In this document: in pieces, positions 1 to 9,781 of the stretch
Layout: each line of letters opens with the position of its first letter
Numbering within the stretch: the first letter of the stretch is position 1
Origin: Candidatus Bathyarchaeia archaeon
Lineage (GTDB): Bacteria; Patescibacteriota; Microgenomatia; PFEM01; JAFGMK01
DNA: 64,000 bases
Direction of reading: 5' to 3'
NCBI GenBank assembly: GCA_035529595.1
Contig: DATKWK010000035.1
Coordinates: 317,904-381,903 of the forward strand
Position numbers and translations under genes: made by a program
The notes under the pieces: generated by a model
Seen by the model: the letters and a program-made list of their open reading frames with translations, nothing else
What the model was told of the DNA's origin: nothing
The model's database searches: none

Positions 1-562
1 ACAGACTATCCCTTAACCATTTGGCTTTCGTACGCAGATCAGCCTGTAAATCTTGTTCTCTTCCGAATCCTCTTCTGCGAATATCGGCTACGGTTATATC
101 AGCTGTTAGTCGGTAAACGATCTTAAAGGGAGCGTAATAGCAGTCCTGATGTCTTGTTCCTAGCTTAGTCATCAGTTCTGTCAGCCACAGGCACTGAAGA
201 TAGGTAAGCTCACATCGACAAATTCCAGGATCAACCAACCGCTTCAGGCAAACCTCCAAACACGCTTTTTCCAGATCACCTGGTTCAAGGGAAATAATTC
301 TGTTATCAGCAAGCTGTCTTTTATAGACAGCGATATCGGTTAACTCTTGACACTCAGCTTCCCAGTGAACATATTCCGGTTGCTTACGCTCTTGACTAAT
401 AGTCGGATATTTATTCATTTCCGCTCTTAACATTGCCCGTCTCTGTTTCAGATCACCAATCGGAGTAGTTAGAATGACGCGAAGGTAAGTATTAGCATCA
501 CTAATATGCTTCAAGCCTTCGTGGGTAAAATCATTTTCTACAGTTACCGTCTGTTCGTTCAT
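1..562 (-). CDS. Hypothetical protein, partial. Start codon at 560-562 (complement); the frame runs off the window start with no stop.
   Basis: Manual reverse-complement translation gives MNEQTVTVENDFTHEGLKHISDANTYL...KAKWLRDSL with no stop through position 1. The ATG abuts the stop of the downstream gene. No motif recognised. Confidence 0.45.
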   Translation of the reverse strand, partial: MNEQTVTVENDFTHEGLKHISDANTYLRVILTTPIGDLKQRRAMLRAEMNKYPTISQERKQPEYVHWEAECQELTDIAVYKRQLADNRIISLEPGDLEKACLEVCLKRLVDPGICRCELTYLQCLWLTELMTKLGTRHQDCYYAPFKIVYRLTADITVADIRRRGFGREQDLQADLRTKAKWLRDSL

Positions 563-2299
563 TTAAGGATAATAGGTCCCAAGCTCGATTTCCTCTCCGG
601 TGCTTGATAAATAACTCCACTTATAAGGAGGATATCCGATTTTATCATAAGCCAGTTCAAAACCCCTAACTTCACCGGCTTTTAAAACCAAATTGGTAAG
701 TGCCGGTTCCGGTGCCGTTCCCTGAGTTTGGCTTTTTAGCGAAAGCCGAACCGGGAAAATGGCCACTTCATCAGCAGAGACATTGGCAAAAGTTACTTTA
801 ATCTTGATTTTCTCTCCTTCTTTCCAAGCCAAATTAATATTGGCGGCGGCATTTTTTTCAATCATCTTTTGACCGAAGGAGAAGAATTCGTTTGAAGTTA
901 CCGGTTGTTGATTTTGGCTCAAGCCGGGTGTCGGCGTATTTTTCAGCAAAGGAATATTAGGCAGCGAAACTTCCAGCTTGGCAAAAAAAGCTTCCAGCTT
1001 TGGATCATTTTCTTCAACCAATTGATAATAGCGATCGGCTTGCTCATAATCGAGCCATTCTCCACGGGTAATTATTTGCTTCATCTGACTGGCAATTTGG
1101 TAAGATTCAGCTACTGCACTGACCAACTCCCGTAACTGGCTTTGGTCATAACCTGACGCGCCGACAAAGCTCTGTAAAAAATTAAGCAATTCAGCAGAAT
1201 CAGTCGCCTGCTGGTTCCAAAAATCAATTACTTCCTGGCCATAAGTTGGGACACTGGGCCAGCCGATAATCAGGTCAATAATCGGAAAACTACAGTCAAG
1301 ATTGGTTATTTCAACCGTCCCCAGCCCAATTTCGACAAAGTTACTTGAAAGAAAAGCAGACTCGTCTGCCGATGACTCAAGAATTTGTTTAATGATAGTT
1401 TCCTCATCAAGGTAACCGAAGGTAATAAATTCGTGAACCAGATTATACTGATAGCCCTTATCTTGCAGAAGTTTTTCAACTGAAACCGATTGTTCTTTCC
1501 AACTATCAAAATGCTCGTTAATTGAACCAACCCGGCTTTTGGAAACTTCGGAAAGAAGATCGTTAATCATGAGCGGCGAAATTCCATGTTCGCTCCGCAT
1601 AAGATTAATCTTTTCCAGGAGTAATTCAGTTTCAATGTTGGTTCTTAAGATTTGTCTTTGCCGCTGACTGGTAACAAACCTTTCCTTTGTCTGAGATTTA
1701 ATTACACCTTCGATATCACCCTTATCAATAAATCCAACCACCCGTGAGTCAAGACTTACAGTTCGATTATCTCCCAAGACTAAATAGTGGTCTGGAGGAA
1801 CCGTATATCGGTTACACTCCGCCAAAAAGGTGTTGCCAAAAGTCGGCAATTGATTAAGAACATAATCTTCCTCCAAAATATGACCATTAATCGTCACAAA
1901 GCCATTTTTGATCGATATTCTTTCACCGGGCAAGCCGACCACCCGCTTCAGATAGTAAAGATTGGCGGTTTCCAGGTTTTTAAAAGAAACTATGTCGCCT
2001 CGGCTAATCCCGTATTTTTTTACGCTATGAAGCTGAACAGCGTCTCCGTCTTTGATGGCAGGCAGCATTGATTCGCCACTGACATCTACTTCCGACAATC
2101 TATCAGCCAAGCCCAGTTCGAAAAAAGTTAATTTTATCAGACGGATAGCCGCTCGATAGCCTCCGTACCATGAAATTCCAAATAAAACAAAAATCAGCAA
2201 AACATAACCGATCTTCCTTGCCAGCAATCGTGGAGATCGGCAAACATCACCGATAAGTACGAAAGGCAGAAACAGAATGTTTCTAATCAACAACCACAT
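563..2299 (-). CDS. lepB: Signal peptidase I (S26 family) with an unusually long C-terminal extension of about 400 aa.
   Basis: N-terminal TM segment. S26 boxes are present: GESMLPAI (box B, SM.P), YLKRVVGLPGE (box D, KRVIGLPGD-like) and VLGDNRTVSLDSR (box E, GDNRxxSxDSR). The C-terminal 400 aa have no recognised motif. Confidence 0.85.
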   Translation of the reverse strand: MWLLIRNILFLPFVLIGDVCRSPRLLARKIGYVLLIFVLFGISWYGGYRAAIRLIKLTFFELGLADRLSEVDVSGESMLPAIKDGDAVQLHSVKKYGISRGDIVSFKNLETANLYYLKRVVGLPGERISIKNGFVTINGHILEEDYVLNQLPTFGNTFLAECNRYTVPPDHYLVLGDNRTVSLDSRVVGFIDKGDIEGVIKSQTKERFVTSQRQRQILRTNIETELLLEKINLMRSEHGISPLMINDLLSEVSKSRVGSINEHFDSWKEQSVSVEKLLQDKGYQYNLVHEFITFGYLDEETIIKQILESSADESAFLSSNFVEIGLGTVEITNLDCSFPIIDLIIGWPSVPTYGQEVIDFWNQQATDSAELLNFLQSFVGASGYDQSQLRELVSAVAESYQIASQMKQIITRGEWLDYEQADRYYQLVEENDPKLEAFFAKLEVSLPNIPLLKNTPTPGLSQNQQPVTSNEFFSFGQKMIEKNAAANINLAWKEGEKIKIKVTFANVSADEVAIFPVRLSLKSQTQGTAPEPALTNLVLKAGEVRGFELAYDKIGYPPYKWSYLSSTGEEIELGTYYP

Positions 2300-3275
2300 G
2301 ATTTAACCTGTCTTTTAATTGAATTAATAAAGTATAGGCTAAAGCCAAAATGATCATCGTAGAGAAGGTCTCAAACTGAAGAATGAAATTAAACGGAGTA
2401 AAAAAAGACACTAGACTGAAAAATAAAACCGGCAGAAAACTAACCGCTGCGGAAAAGGAATAGATCCGACCAAAGCCGAAAGTCAGGCAATTAATCTTAA
2501 CTAAAATCCAGACTAAAAGACTGGTAAAAAAAATATTTGCCAAATAGATTAGAAAGGTTCCGCCAACGATAATGAATATAACCAGAACTAAACCTATTTT
2601 TAGGAAACTTTCAATACGATTATCTTGATTGTACTCATCAAATTTGGAGAAAAGATAATCCTGGTTAATATTTAAATCCTGAATATTTCTTAATGACTTA
2701 ATATTGATCTTTTCATCACCGTAGTAGACTAAACTGCTTCTTGTCAATAAAGCCAAAGCTTGATATTTCTCAAAATCTTCAGCTTTTCCTCGGGTATCGA
2801 TCGCCAATAGCCTCACCTTGGAATGGGAGCCCGGCTTTTCTTTTTCTTCTGAAACAAAAATATCTACAAAATCTTTGGAAATATTAACGTAATAAGGTTC
2901 GGGAACATTCGTCGAAACATAGCCATTCTTAATCGTTATCGTCAGCTCTGCCGGATAGACAGTCCGGATAATTGACTTTACTTTTTCTTCAAAATCGGTT
3001 ATGAGCGGATAGCCGATACTTATTAGACGATAAGCCGGTTTCAGGCTGACAGAAAAAGCAATCAACAAATAAAGTAAAAAAAACTTAATCCGCCGTTGTC
3101 CCACCAGAATGCCGGTATAATACCCGGAAGAGATAAATGGTACCGGTCTTTTGGGAACAGGCAGAGGAACTTGGCCGGTTTTCTGATCCTCGTTGTAATA
3201 AACGAAATCCTTAACCGGCGGCAATGGTACTTCCTTTAGTAATGAGTTATTAATCACTTTTAATCGCTGCTTCAA
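2283..3275 (-). CDS. Membrane protein, hypothetical. Overlaps lepB by 17 nt.
   Basis: Multiple hydrophobic segments at both termini (LLYLLIAFSVSL; LVLVIFIIVGGTFLIYLANIFFTSLLVWILV). No catalytic motif seen. Confidence 0.5.
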   Translation of the reverse strand: MKQRLKVINNSLLKEVPLPPVKDFVYYNEDQKTGQVPLPVPKRPVPFISSGYYTGILVGQRRIKFFLLYLLIAFSVSLKPAYRLISIGYPLITDFEEKVKSIIRTVYPAELTITIKNGYVSTNVPEPYYVNISKDFVDIFVSEEKEKPGSHSKVRLLAIDTRGKAEDFEKYQALALLTRSSLVYYGDEKINIKSLRNIQDLNINQDYLFSKFDEYNQDNRIESFLKIGLVLVIFIIVGGTFLIYLANIFFTSLLVWILVKINCLTFGFGRIYSFSAAVSFLPVLFFSLVSFFTPFNFILQFETFSTMIILALAYTLLIQLKDRLNHVVVD

Positions 3276-4356
3276 CTCCCCCTTCGGGATAACTGTAAAC
3301 CAAAACCCGGTCGGGACTGATTTTTAATCCCACATGCTCACCCTTTTCCAACGAAGCCCGATGCGAAGAAAGGGCGACCTTCACCCGCACTATTTCCCCT
3401 CCTTTCAGCTTAACCTCAAAAAATACCTGCCCTCCTAAAAAACTGACCGAATCAATTAAACCGGACAATCCACCTTGGTTAGGTTCTTCTTTAAATAGGT
3501 TTATCTCTTCCGGTCTGAAGGCAATCACGACTCGGCTCCCGCTTTTAAACTGATTATCTCGTGTTTCAAAACGTTGGTTATGAGACAAAACCAAACTGCT
3601 GCCTTTTTTTGACCTGTCGGCAATCTTTGCTTCCAGAAAATTTGATTGACCGATAAAATTGGCCACAAAAATAGTGCCGGGGAATTGATATAGTTCCCGC
3701 GGCGTCCCGATTTGCTCTACTTCACCTTTTCTTAGAAGAACAATCCGATCGGAAAGAAACATCGCCTCATCTTGATCGTGAGTGACATGAATGGCAGTAA
3801 AGTGAAGCCTTTTGGCCAATTTCTTCAGTTCAACCTTAATCTCATTTTTAATCTGGGCATCCAAAGAACTTAACGGTTCATCCAAAAGAATCAGTTTGCT
3901 GCCTGATGCAAGAGCCCGAGCCAGTCCAACCCGCTGCTGCATTCCACTTGAAAGCTGGGAAGAATAGGCTTTTCTCCTGGCTGACAACTTAATCATTTTT
4001 AAAAGTTGATTACCTACTTCTTCAATTTTTGCCTTATCGAAACCGCGAATTCTTGGCCCATAAGTGATATTCTGCCAAACATCAAGATGGGGAAAAAGGG
4101 CGAAATTTTGAAAAACGAAACCAATATTCCGCTCTTCAGGCGGTAACCCGTTAACCGGCTGATTGTCGATAATAATTTGACCGTAATCGGAGGTTTCCAG
4201 ACCGGCAATAATCCGTAAAAGAGTTGTCTTACCACACCCTGAAGGCCCCAAGACTGTCACATACTCCTGGTCTTGAACATCAAAAGTAATATCTTTTAAG
4301 GCAACGATTTTGCCGGTGAAAGTTTTTTTAATATTTTTCAGATTAACCTGCGGCAT
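3250..4356 (-). CDS. ABC transporter ATP-binding protein with a C-terminal TOBE-like domain (importer ATPase of the Fe3+/thiamine/polyamine/sulfate type).
   Basis: Walker A GPSGCGKTT, ABC signature LSSGMQQRVGLARAL, Walker B LILLDEPLSSLD, H-loop VTHDQDEA. The C-terminal region of about 120 aa matches the pattern of a transport-associated OB fold. Confidence 0.85.
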   Translation of the reverse strand: MPQVNLKNIKKTFTGKIVALKDITFDVQDQEYVTVLGPSGCGKTTLLRIIAGLETSDYGQIIIDNQPVNGLPPEERNIGFVFQNFALFPHLDVWQNITYGPRIRGFDKAKIEEVGNQLLKMIKLSARRKAYSSQLSSGMQQRVGLARALASGSKLILLDEPLSSLDAQIKNEIKVELKKLAKRLHFTAIHVTHDQDEAMFLSDRIVLLRKGEVEQIGTPRELYQFPGTIFVANFIGQSNFLEAKIADRSKKGSSLVLSHNQRFETRDNQFKSGSRVVIAFRPEEINLFKEEPNQGGLSGLIDSVSFLGGQVFFEVKLKGGEIVRVKVALSSHRASLEKGEHVGLKISPDRVLVYSYPEGGVEAAIKSD

Positions 4357-4363
4357 AGCTTAA

Positions 4364-5935
4364 TTATAAATAGCTTTTGGATTTAATAAACTTTCCGGTT
4401 ACCAAAAAGAAAAGGAAAGAAAAAAGAATCAAGATTACGGAGGCAAAGGCTGCCTGATTAGTCCTTCCGGAGGTAACCAGATTAACGATATAAACCGGGG
4501 CGGTAATTGCTCGGGGCGCGACCGACATCGTCGCTCCGGTTTCCGACAGGCTTCTGGTGAAAGCCATAATCGCACTTGACTCTAAAGTAGGAACAACCAG
4601 AGGAAGAGTAACTGTCTTAAAAACTGTTGCGGGACTGCCACCGAGCATTCTCGCCGCTTCTTCAAAGCTGGACCGAGTATTTCTGAAAGCTACTACCAAT
4701 GGCTTGACAATATAAGGAAAAGTGAACGCCAAATGAGCCAATATAATTAGAACAAATAAGGGAAGATTGGCTGCCACCCCCTGCCAATATAGAGCTAACG
4801 AAAAACCTAAGACCGAGGTGGGAATGATTAACGGAAAATCAACCAGTGTTTCCAAAAAAGCATTAAGGTGTCTAAAGCGACTGCGGGCAATCAGGAAAGC
4901 CAGGAACAGCCCGCTGATTAAATTAATGATTGTTGCCGCTACCGCAATAAGAATCGAAGAAATAAGGCTGTCAATTAAAAGCGAATCCTCATCAAGCGGT
5001 AATAAACGAAATCGAGAAAGAATAAAGAACGAAGGAATGATTATGACAACAGTGAGTAACGAAAAGACCAGTATATTCTTGAAATTACTGGCACTTTTTC
5101 TGCTCAAGAAATGTTCCAACTTTGGTTGATAAAAAAGACAAGGAGCTCCGGTTTTACCTGATAAATGTTTTACCATCAAGAAAAGAAACCAGGAAATAAG
5201 AATCAAAATTGCGCTTATTACAACAGCAACCGCCATAAATTGAGCGGTACCGGAGGTTTGTTTCCATGAAGCAATCAATACCGGCGCCGTCTTGAGGCGG
5301 CTTCCTATTGTCGTTAGAGCGATAATCGTCGCTCCGGTTTCACTCAAACTCCTGGCAAATGTCAAAATGGTACCTAAGGCAATTCTTTCTTTAATTAACG
5401 GCAGGGTGACAGTTCGTGCGGCCGTCAAACTCGAAGCTCCCAAAACCCGAGCCGCTTCTTCAGAAGACAAATTTAATTCTTCAAAAGCAACAACCAGGGA
5501 TCCAATAATATAAGGAGAAGAAAAGGCCAGGTGAACTAAAGCCACCAGTAAAAAGGGCGAGAAAGATAGTCCAGTTTGAAGCCAAAAATAGACGACGGAA
5601 AATCCTAAAGCAGAAGTAGGTACCGACAGGGGTAATTTAATTAAGGCTTTAACTGCTGTTTTCCCCCAAAAATCATAACGTGCTAAAACCCAAGCAGTTA
5701 AAATTCCTAGAAATAAGTCAAATAGAGTCACACAGAAAGCTACTTTAAAAGAAAACGCTAAACTTTGAAGAATCAAACTGAAGGTTGGTCGATTAAAAAT
5801 CACCGACTCAATGCTTTTCCAATCCTTAAGCGGGTACAAAAGCACATAAACACTGGGAATAAGAACAAACAATAAAAAGAAAATTACCCCGATGACTCCC
5901 AGAACTTTTAGCCAGCCCTTGTTTATTGATCCCAT
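4364..5935 (-). CDS. ABC transporter permease with duplicated (fused two-domain) transmembrane regions, FbpB/ThiP-like.
   Basis: 523 aa with about 12 TM segments. Two internal repeats each carry an EAA-like loop (SSEEAARVLGASSLTAARTVTLPL and SFEEAARMLGGSPATVFKTVTLPL). Adjacent to the ABC ATPase. Confidence 0.8.
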   Translation of the reverse strand: MGSINKGWLKVLGVIGVIFFLLFVLIPSVYVLLYPLKDWKSIESVIFNRPTFSLILQSLAFSFKVAFCVTLFDLFLGILTAWVLARYDFWGKTAVKALIKLPLSVPTSALGFSVVYFWLQTGLSFSPFLLVALVHLAFSSPYIIGSLVVAFEELNLSSEEAARVLGASSLTAARTVTLPLIKERIALGTILTFARSLSETGATIIALTTIGSRLKTAPVLIASWKQTSGTAQFMAVAVVISAILILISWFLFLMVKHLSGKTGAPCLFYQPKLEHFLSRKSASNFKNILVFSLLTVVIIIPSFFILSRFRLLPLDEDSLLIDSLISSILIAVAATIINLISGLFLAFLIARSRFRHLNAFLETLVDFPLIIPTSVLGFSLALYWQGVAANLPLFVLIILAHLAFTFPYIVKPLVVAFRNTRSSFEEAARMLGGSPATVFKTVTLPLVVPTLESSAIMAFTRSLSETGATMSVAPRAITAPVYIVNLVTSGRTNQAAFASVILILFSFLFFLVTGKFIKSKSYL

Positions 5936-6063
5936 ACTCTCATCTTTACTTTAACCTCTTAAACCCAATAAACCACCCGCCCTGACGGGATTTAACAAAA
6001 TCCAATTCAGCCACCTTTAATAGTAATCTTCCTCGAAAAACCAAAAATCTATCTTAACGATTC

Positions 6064-6089
6064 AAAAAGGGGTGTTCACTTTAAACCCC
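6064..6089 (-). terminator. Putative intrinsic terminator downstream of the RRM-protein gene.
   Basis: Minus strand reads GGGGTttaaagtgaacACCCC followed by TTTTT, within 50 nt of the stop at 6137. Confidence 0.4.
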
Positions 6090-6136
6090 GGCTTGAACCT
6101 TGCATATATTTCAGATAGGACCAGCGGTAATTATTG

Positions 6137-6544
6137 CTACTCTGAATCAGAAGCTTGATCAGCAGATTCTGCCGCTACTTCTTCGGCTTCAGGTTCGACG
6201 GGTAGTTCTGATGATGGTGCTGGTTCCGGTTCAACGGTAACTTCAACAGCCGGCGCTGGGCTTTCTACTTGAGATTCTTGAGCAGACGGCTCGGTTTCTC
6301 TTGGCTGAGCTTCGGCTACCGACAATTTTCGACTCAGATCTTCCTGACCGTCAAACATTTCGATTGCCTTCTGAGCCTCCTCGACATTGCTCATTTCCAC
6401 AAAACCGAAACCCTTGGAACGACCAGTGCGCTTTCGTGTAATGACCGTTGCGCTGACAACAGTACCTGCTTTCGAAAATAAGTCCTTCAGCTGGTCGCTG
6501 GTCACACCATAATCAAGGTTACCAACATAAAGTCTGGGGTTCAA
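6137..6544 (-). CDS. RRM-type RNA-binding protein with an acidic, Pro/Glu-rich C-terminal tail.
   Basis: RNP-2 LYVGNL and RNP-1 KGFGFVEM motifs. The C-terminal 55 aa are Glu/Pro/Ala/Ser-rich low complexity. Confidence 0.8.
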   Translation of the reverse strand: MNPRLYVGNLDYGVTSDQLKDLFSKAGTVVSATVITRKRTGRSKGFGFVEMSNVEEAQKAIEMFDGQEDLSRKLSVAEAQPRETEPSAQESQVESPAPAVEVTVEPEPAPSSELPVEPEAEEVAAESADQASDSE

Positions 6545-6759
6545 ATTTTCTCACCTCCTTTTTTGAGTTTAATAAGCTTCTAAATAAAGCTTGCCGAAAT
6601 AAATCTAGAACTAGTTTATCAGGAAAGCGAATCAAAATAAATAGATAAATTTACCATGGTCCGATACTGCCCTTGACATGAGGACGGAAATATTATTAAA
6701 TGGTATTCAGAATTGCTTTGTGCCGGTCATTACGAAGCAAATACCGGCGAGAACGGAAA

Positions 6760-7266
6760 ATGAAGATTAAACTGCCTTTTTTTATTATTGTCTTTTTTTT
6801 GGCGACTTTTTACTTTACTTCTCAGGTACGAGCAGCAGATTTTAAATTAACCGCAATCGGTACTCTGGATGTTTCGGAAACACTTTACTCCCATATGTGG
6901 TACACCGGCAATCAACCGAATTTTTCTGGAACCGGGAACAAAGGTGCCGCTGTCAGCATTACCGTTGATGGCAACTCATATTCAACTACTGTCAATGATA
7001 ATGATCAATGGAGCTGGAAACCGCCGGCTCCCTTAGAAAATACGGATCATAGTCTCTCCTTTGTCTCGGAAGAAAAAACTGTCTTATTAACTCTAACTAC
7101 CGGGTCAACCGTACCGGAAAACGTTATCACTACGCCAAGCGCCAGTCCATCAGGTTTACCCCAAGCCGGACTTGTATGGCCTACGATACTCACTCTTGGC
7201 TCAGGCTGTATTTTAATTCTTTATCCGCTTCTGAAAAAACTTGCTTATAAACTAGGTAGCGATTAA
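6760..7266 (+). CDS. Secreted or cell-surface protein with a signal peptide and a C-terminal LPxxG-like sorting signal. The ORF track starts at 6700; the ATG at 6760 is preferred here.
   Basis: MKIKLPFFIIVFFLATFYFTSQVRA is a classic signal peptide. The C-terminus reads LPQAG, then a hydrophobic stretch (LVWPTILTLGSGCILILYPLL), then a basic tail KKLAYK. That is the sortase-substrate architecture. Confidence 0.5.
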   Translation: MKIKLPFFIIVFFLATFYFTSQVRAADFKLTAIGTLDVSETLYSHMWYTGNQPNFSGTGNKGAAVSITVDGNSYSTTVNDNDQWSWKPPAPLENTDHSLSFVSEEKTVLLTLTTGSTVPENVITTPSASPSGLPQAGLVWPTILTLGSGCILILYPLLKKLAYKLGSD

Positions 7267-7314
7267 GAAGTTATCCGCTATCTCGGTAGAAGTCAGTCTT
7301 AAACATATAAAGCC

Positions 7315-9723
7315 TTACTGTTTACTTTCGGCGTCTTTAAGAGCCAGTTTAAAAACTTCATCCACGCTATTAACATAAACAAATTCTATGTCTTTCTTTA
7401 CTTTCTTGGGAACATCAACCAAGTCCTTCCGATTATCCTTTGGTAAGATCACCTTTTTTAAACCAGCGCGGTGGGCAGCAATTACTTTCTCTTTGATCCC
7501 GCCGATTTCCAAAACCTGACCTCTTAAAGTTACCTCGCCTGTCATACCTATTTCTCGATGAATTGGACGTCTGCTGAAGGCCGAATATAAGGCAGAAGCG
7601 ATGGCAATCCCTGCGGAAGGACCATCCTTGGCAATTGCCCCTTCCGGAACATGAATATGAATATCCAGATTTTGATAGAAGTCCTTATCCAGGCCTAATT
7701 TTTCCCAACGGCTGCGAATATAAGAAAAGGCAGCCTTACAAGATTCTTTCATTACTTTTCCCAATTTACCAGTAAGCAGCAAGCTCCCCTTTCCTGGCAT
7801 CAAAGCCACTTCAATGAAAAGAATGTCGCCACCCGTCTGGGTATAAGCAAGACCGGTAGCAATTCCGATTTCGTCACTTTTTTCAGCCAGAACGGGACTA
7901 AATTTAGGCGGGCCCAAAAATCTCTGCAAACGAGCTATTTTTACTACCCGGGGAGCGTTCTTATTCTCAGCTACTCTTCGGGCAAGTTTCCGGCAAATAG
8001 TGGCTAAATTTCTCTCCAGTTCCCTTACTCCCGCCTCCCGAGTGTAACGATTGATTATTTCCCTCAATACCGATCCGTCGATTGAAACATCCTTTTCTCC
8101 CAGGCCGTTAAACCTAAGCTGTTTTTTCCACAAGAATCTTTTAGCAATATAAAACTTTTCATCTTCGGTATAACCTGGAAAACGAATAACTTCCATTCGA
8201 TCCCTCAAGGCTGGCGGAATCGTATCAAGAACATTGGCCGTAGTAATAAACATTACCTTAGAGAGATCAAAGGGGACTTCAAGATAGTGATCGGAAAATT
8301 CAAAATTCTGTTCCGGATCCAAAGCCTCAAGTAAAGCTGCTGAAGGATCACCGCGAAAATCTGTCCCCACCTTATCAATCTCATCGAGCATAAACACCGG
8401 ATTATTGGTCCCGGCGTTTTTAATTCCTTGAATAATCCGCCCGGGCATTGCGCCGACATATGTTCGTCGGTGACCGCGAATTTCTGCTTCATCCCGAATC
8501 CCTCCCAAACTCATGCGAACAAACTCCCGATCCAGAGACCGGGCAATCGATTTTCCTATTGAGGTTTTACCTACCCCCGGAGGACCAACGAAACATAGAA
8601 TAGTCGGCCCACCAGCTTCTTTTCTCTTCTCTTTCTTTCTTTTTTCACCAACCTCCTCAGTTACTGATTTTTCCTTTAACTTCATCACCGCAAGATATTC
8701 GGCAATCCTTTCCTTAATTTTCTCTAAACCATAATGATCGGCATCAAGGATCTTTACTGCCTCAGCTATATCTGCCTGATTGGGGCTGGATTTAGACCAG
8801 GGTAATTCCACCAATAAATCAAGATAAGTCCGAATGTAACCCTTCTCCGGATGATAGGCCGGAAGACGCATTAATCTTGATAATTCTTTTTTTGCCTTCT
8901 TAGTAACTTTAACTGGCATCTTAGCGGCCTTAATTTTTGTCTTCAGCTCCTTAATTTCCTGATCATCCCCGTCCTCTTCGCCTAATTCTTTCTCGATTAT
9001 TTTCTTCCTTTCCCTTAACATCGCTTCTCTAACCGATTTATCGAATTTATCTTTGGTTTTAGAGGAAATGCTCTGTTCAAGCTTAAGAACCTTAATTTCG
9101 TGAGACAGGTATTCGGCCACTTTTTCCATTCGTTTTCTAACCGAGACCAATTCTAGAAGTTCCTGTTTTTCTTTTGTCTCAATCTCAAGAACCGAAGCGA
9201 CCTGGTCAACCAACTCATTCGGGCTAATATCTGCTCCAATCAGTCTCATTACTGCCATTAAATCAACCGATTTACCTAAATTGACTGCACGTTTAAAACT
9301 TCTTTTCAAATACTGAGCCAGCGCTCTAGTATCATCATCTTTAACCACCATTTCCGGCATTGGCTTAATTTTGACTTGAAAAAAAGGCTCATCTTGAACA
9401 AAGGCCTCGATTCTTACACGACCGATTCCTTTTATTAAAGCATTAACTGCCTCTTCTGAAGGAAAAAGACGAATCAGTTTGGCCAATGTTCCGACCTGAT
9501 ATAAGTCATCCTCAGTCGGATTATTTATCTGTGATCTCTTCTGAGTAACCAAACAAATAAGATTATCCTTTTTTGAAGCCGCTTCAACGGCAGTAACTGA
9601 TTTTGCCCGGCCAAAAGTTAAGGCCACTTCGGTATAGGGAAAAACAACTGCACCTCTAACCGGCACCAGCGGTATTATTTGACTTTCAATAATTTTTTTA
9701 CCTTGTTTAAGTAGTAGAGTCAT
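7315..9723 (-). CDS. lon: ATP-dependent Lon protease.
   Basis: 802 aa. N-terminal LON domain, AAA+ Walker A GPPGVGKTS, Walker B FMLDEID, and proteolytic Ser motif DGPSAGIAI with a downstream Lys (catalytic dyad). Confidence 0.95.
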   Translation of the reverse strand: MTLLLKQGKKIIESQIIPLVPVRGAVVFPYTEVALTFGRAKSVTAVEAASKKDNLICLVTQKRSQINNPTEDDLYQVGTLAKLIRLFPSEEAVNALIKGIGRVRIEAFVQDEPFFQVKIKPMPEMVVKDDDTRALAQYLKRSFKRAVNLGKSVDLMAVMRLIGADISPNELVDQVASVLEIETKEKQELLELVSVRKRMEKVAEYLSHEIKVLKLEQSISSKTKDKFDKSVREAMLRERKKIIEKELGEEDGDDQEIKELKTKIKAAKMPVKVTKKAKKELSRLMRLPAYHPEKGYIRTYLDLLVELPWSKSSPNQADIAEAVKILDADHYGLEKIKERIAEYLAVMKLKEKSVTEEVGEKRKKEKRKEAGGPTILCFVGPPGVGKTSIGKSIARSLDREFVRMSLGGIRDEAEIRGHRRTYVGAMPGRIIQGIKNAGTNNPVFMLDEIDKVGTDFRGDPSAALLEALDPEQNFEFSDHYLEVPFDLSKVMFITTANVLDTIPPALRDRMEVIRFPGYTEDEKFYIAKRFLWKKQLRFNGLGEKDVSIDGSVLREIINRYTREAGVRELERNLATICRKLARRVAENKNAPRVVKIARLQRFLGPPKFSPVLAEKSDEIGIATGLAYTQTGGDILFIEVALMPGKGSLLLTGKLGKVMKESCKAAFSYIRSRWEKLGLDKDFYQNLDIHIHVPEGAIAKDGPSAGIAIASALYSAFSRRPIHREIGMTGEVTLRGQVLEIGGIKEKVIAAHRAGLKKVILPKDNRKDLVDVPKKVKKDIEFVYVNSVDEVFKLALKDAESKQ

Positions 9724-9781
9724 ATCCAGAAAATTATTTTTAGCAGTCTAACACGCTAAGTGCTAGTTGTCAACCTCCAGT

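Noticed and set aside
4767-5513. Plus-strand ORFs 4767-5129 and 5292-5513 within the ABC permease.
   Set aside because: Antisense shadows of a well-supported permease gene.
8253-8734. ORFs 8253-8492 (-) and 8513-8734 (+) inside lon.
   Set aside because: They are embedded in or antisense to the well-supported Lon reading frame, are low complexity, and have no motifs. Frame-shadow artefacts.
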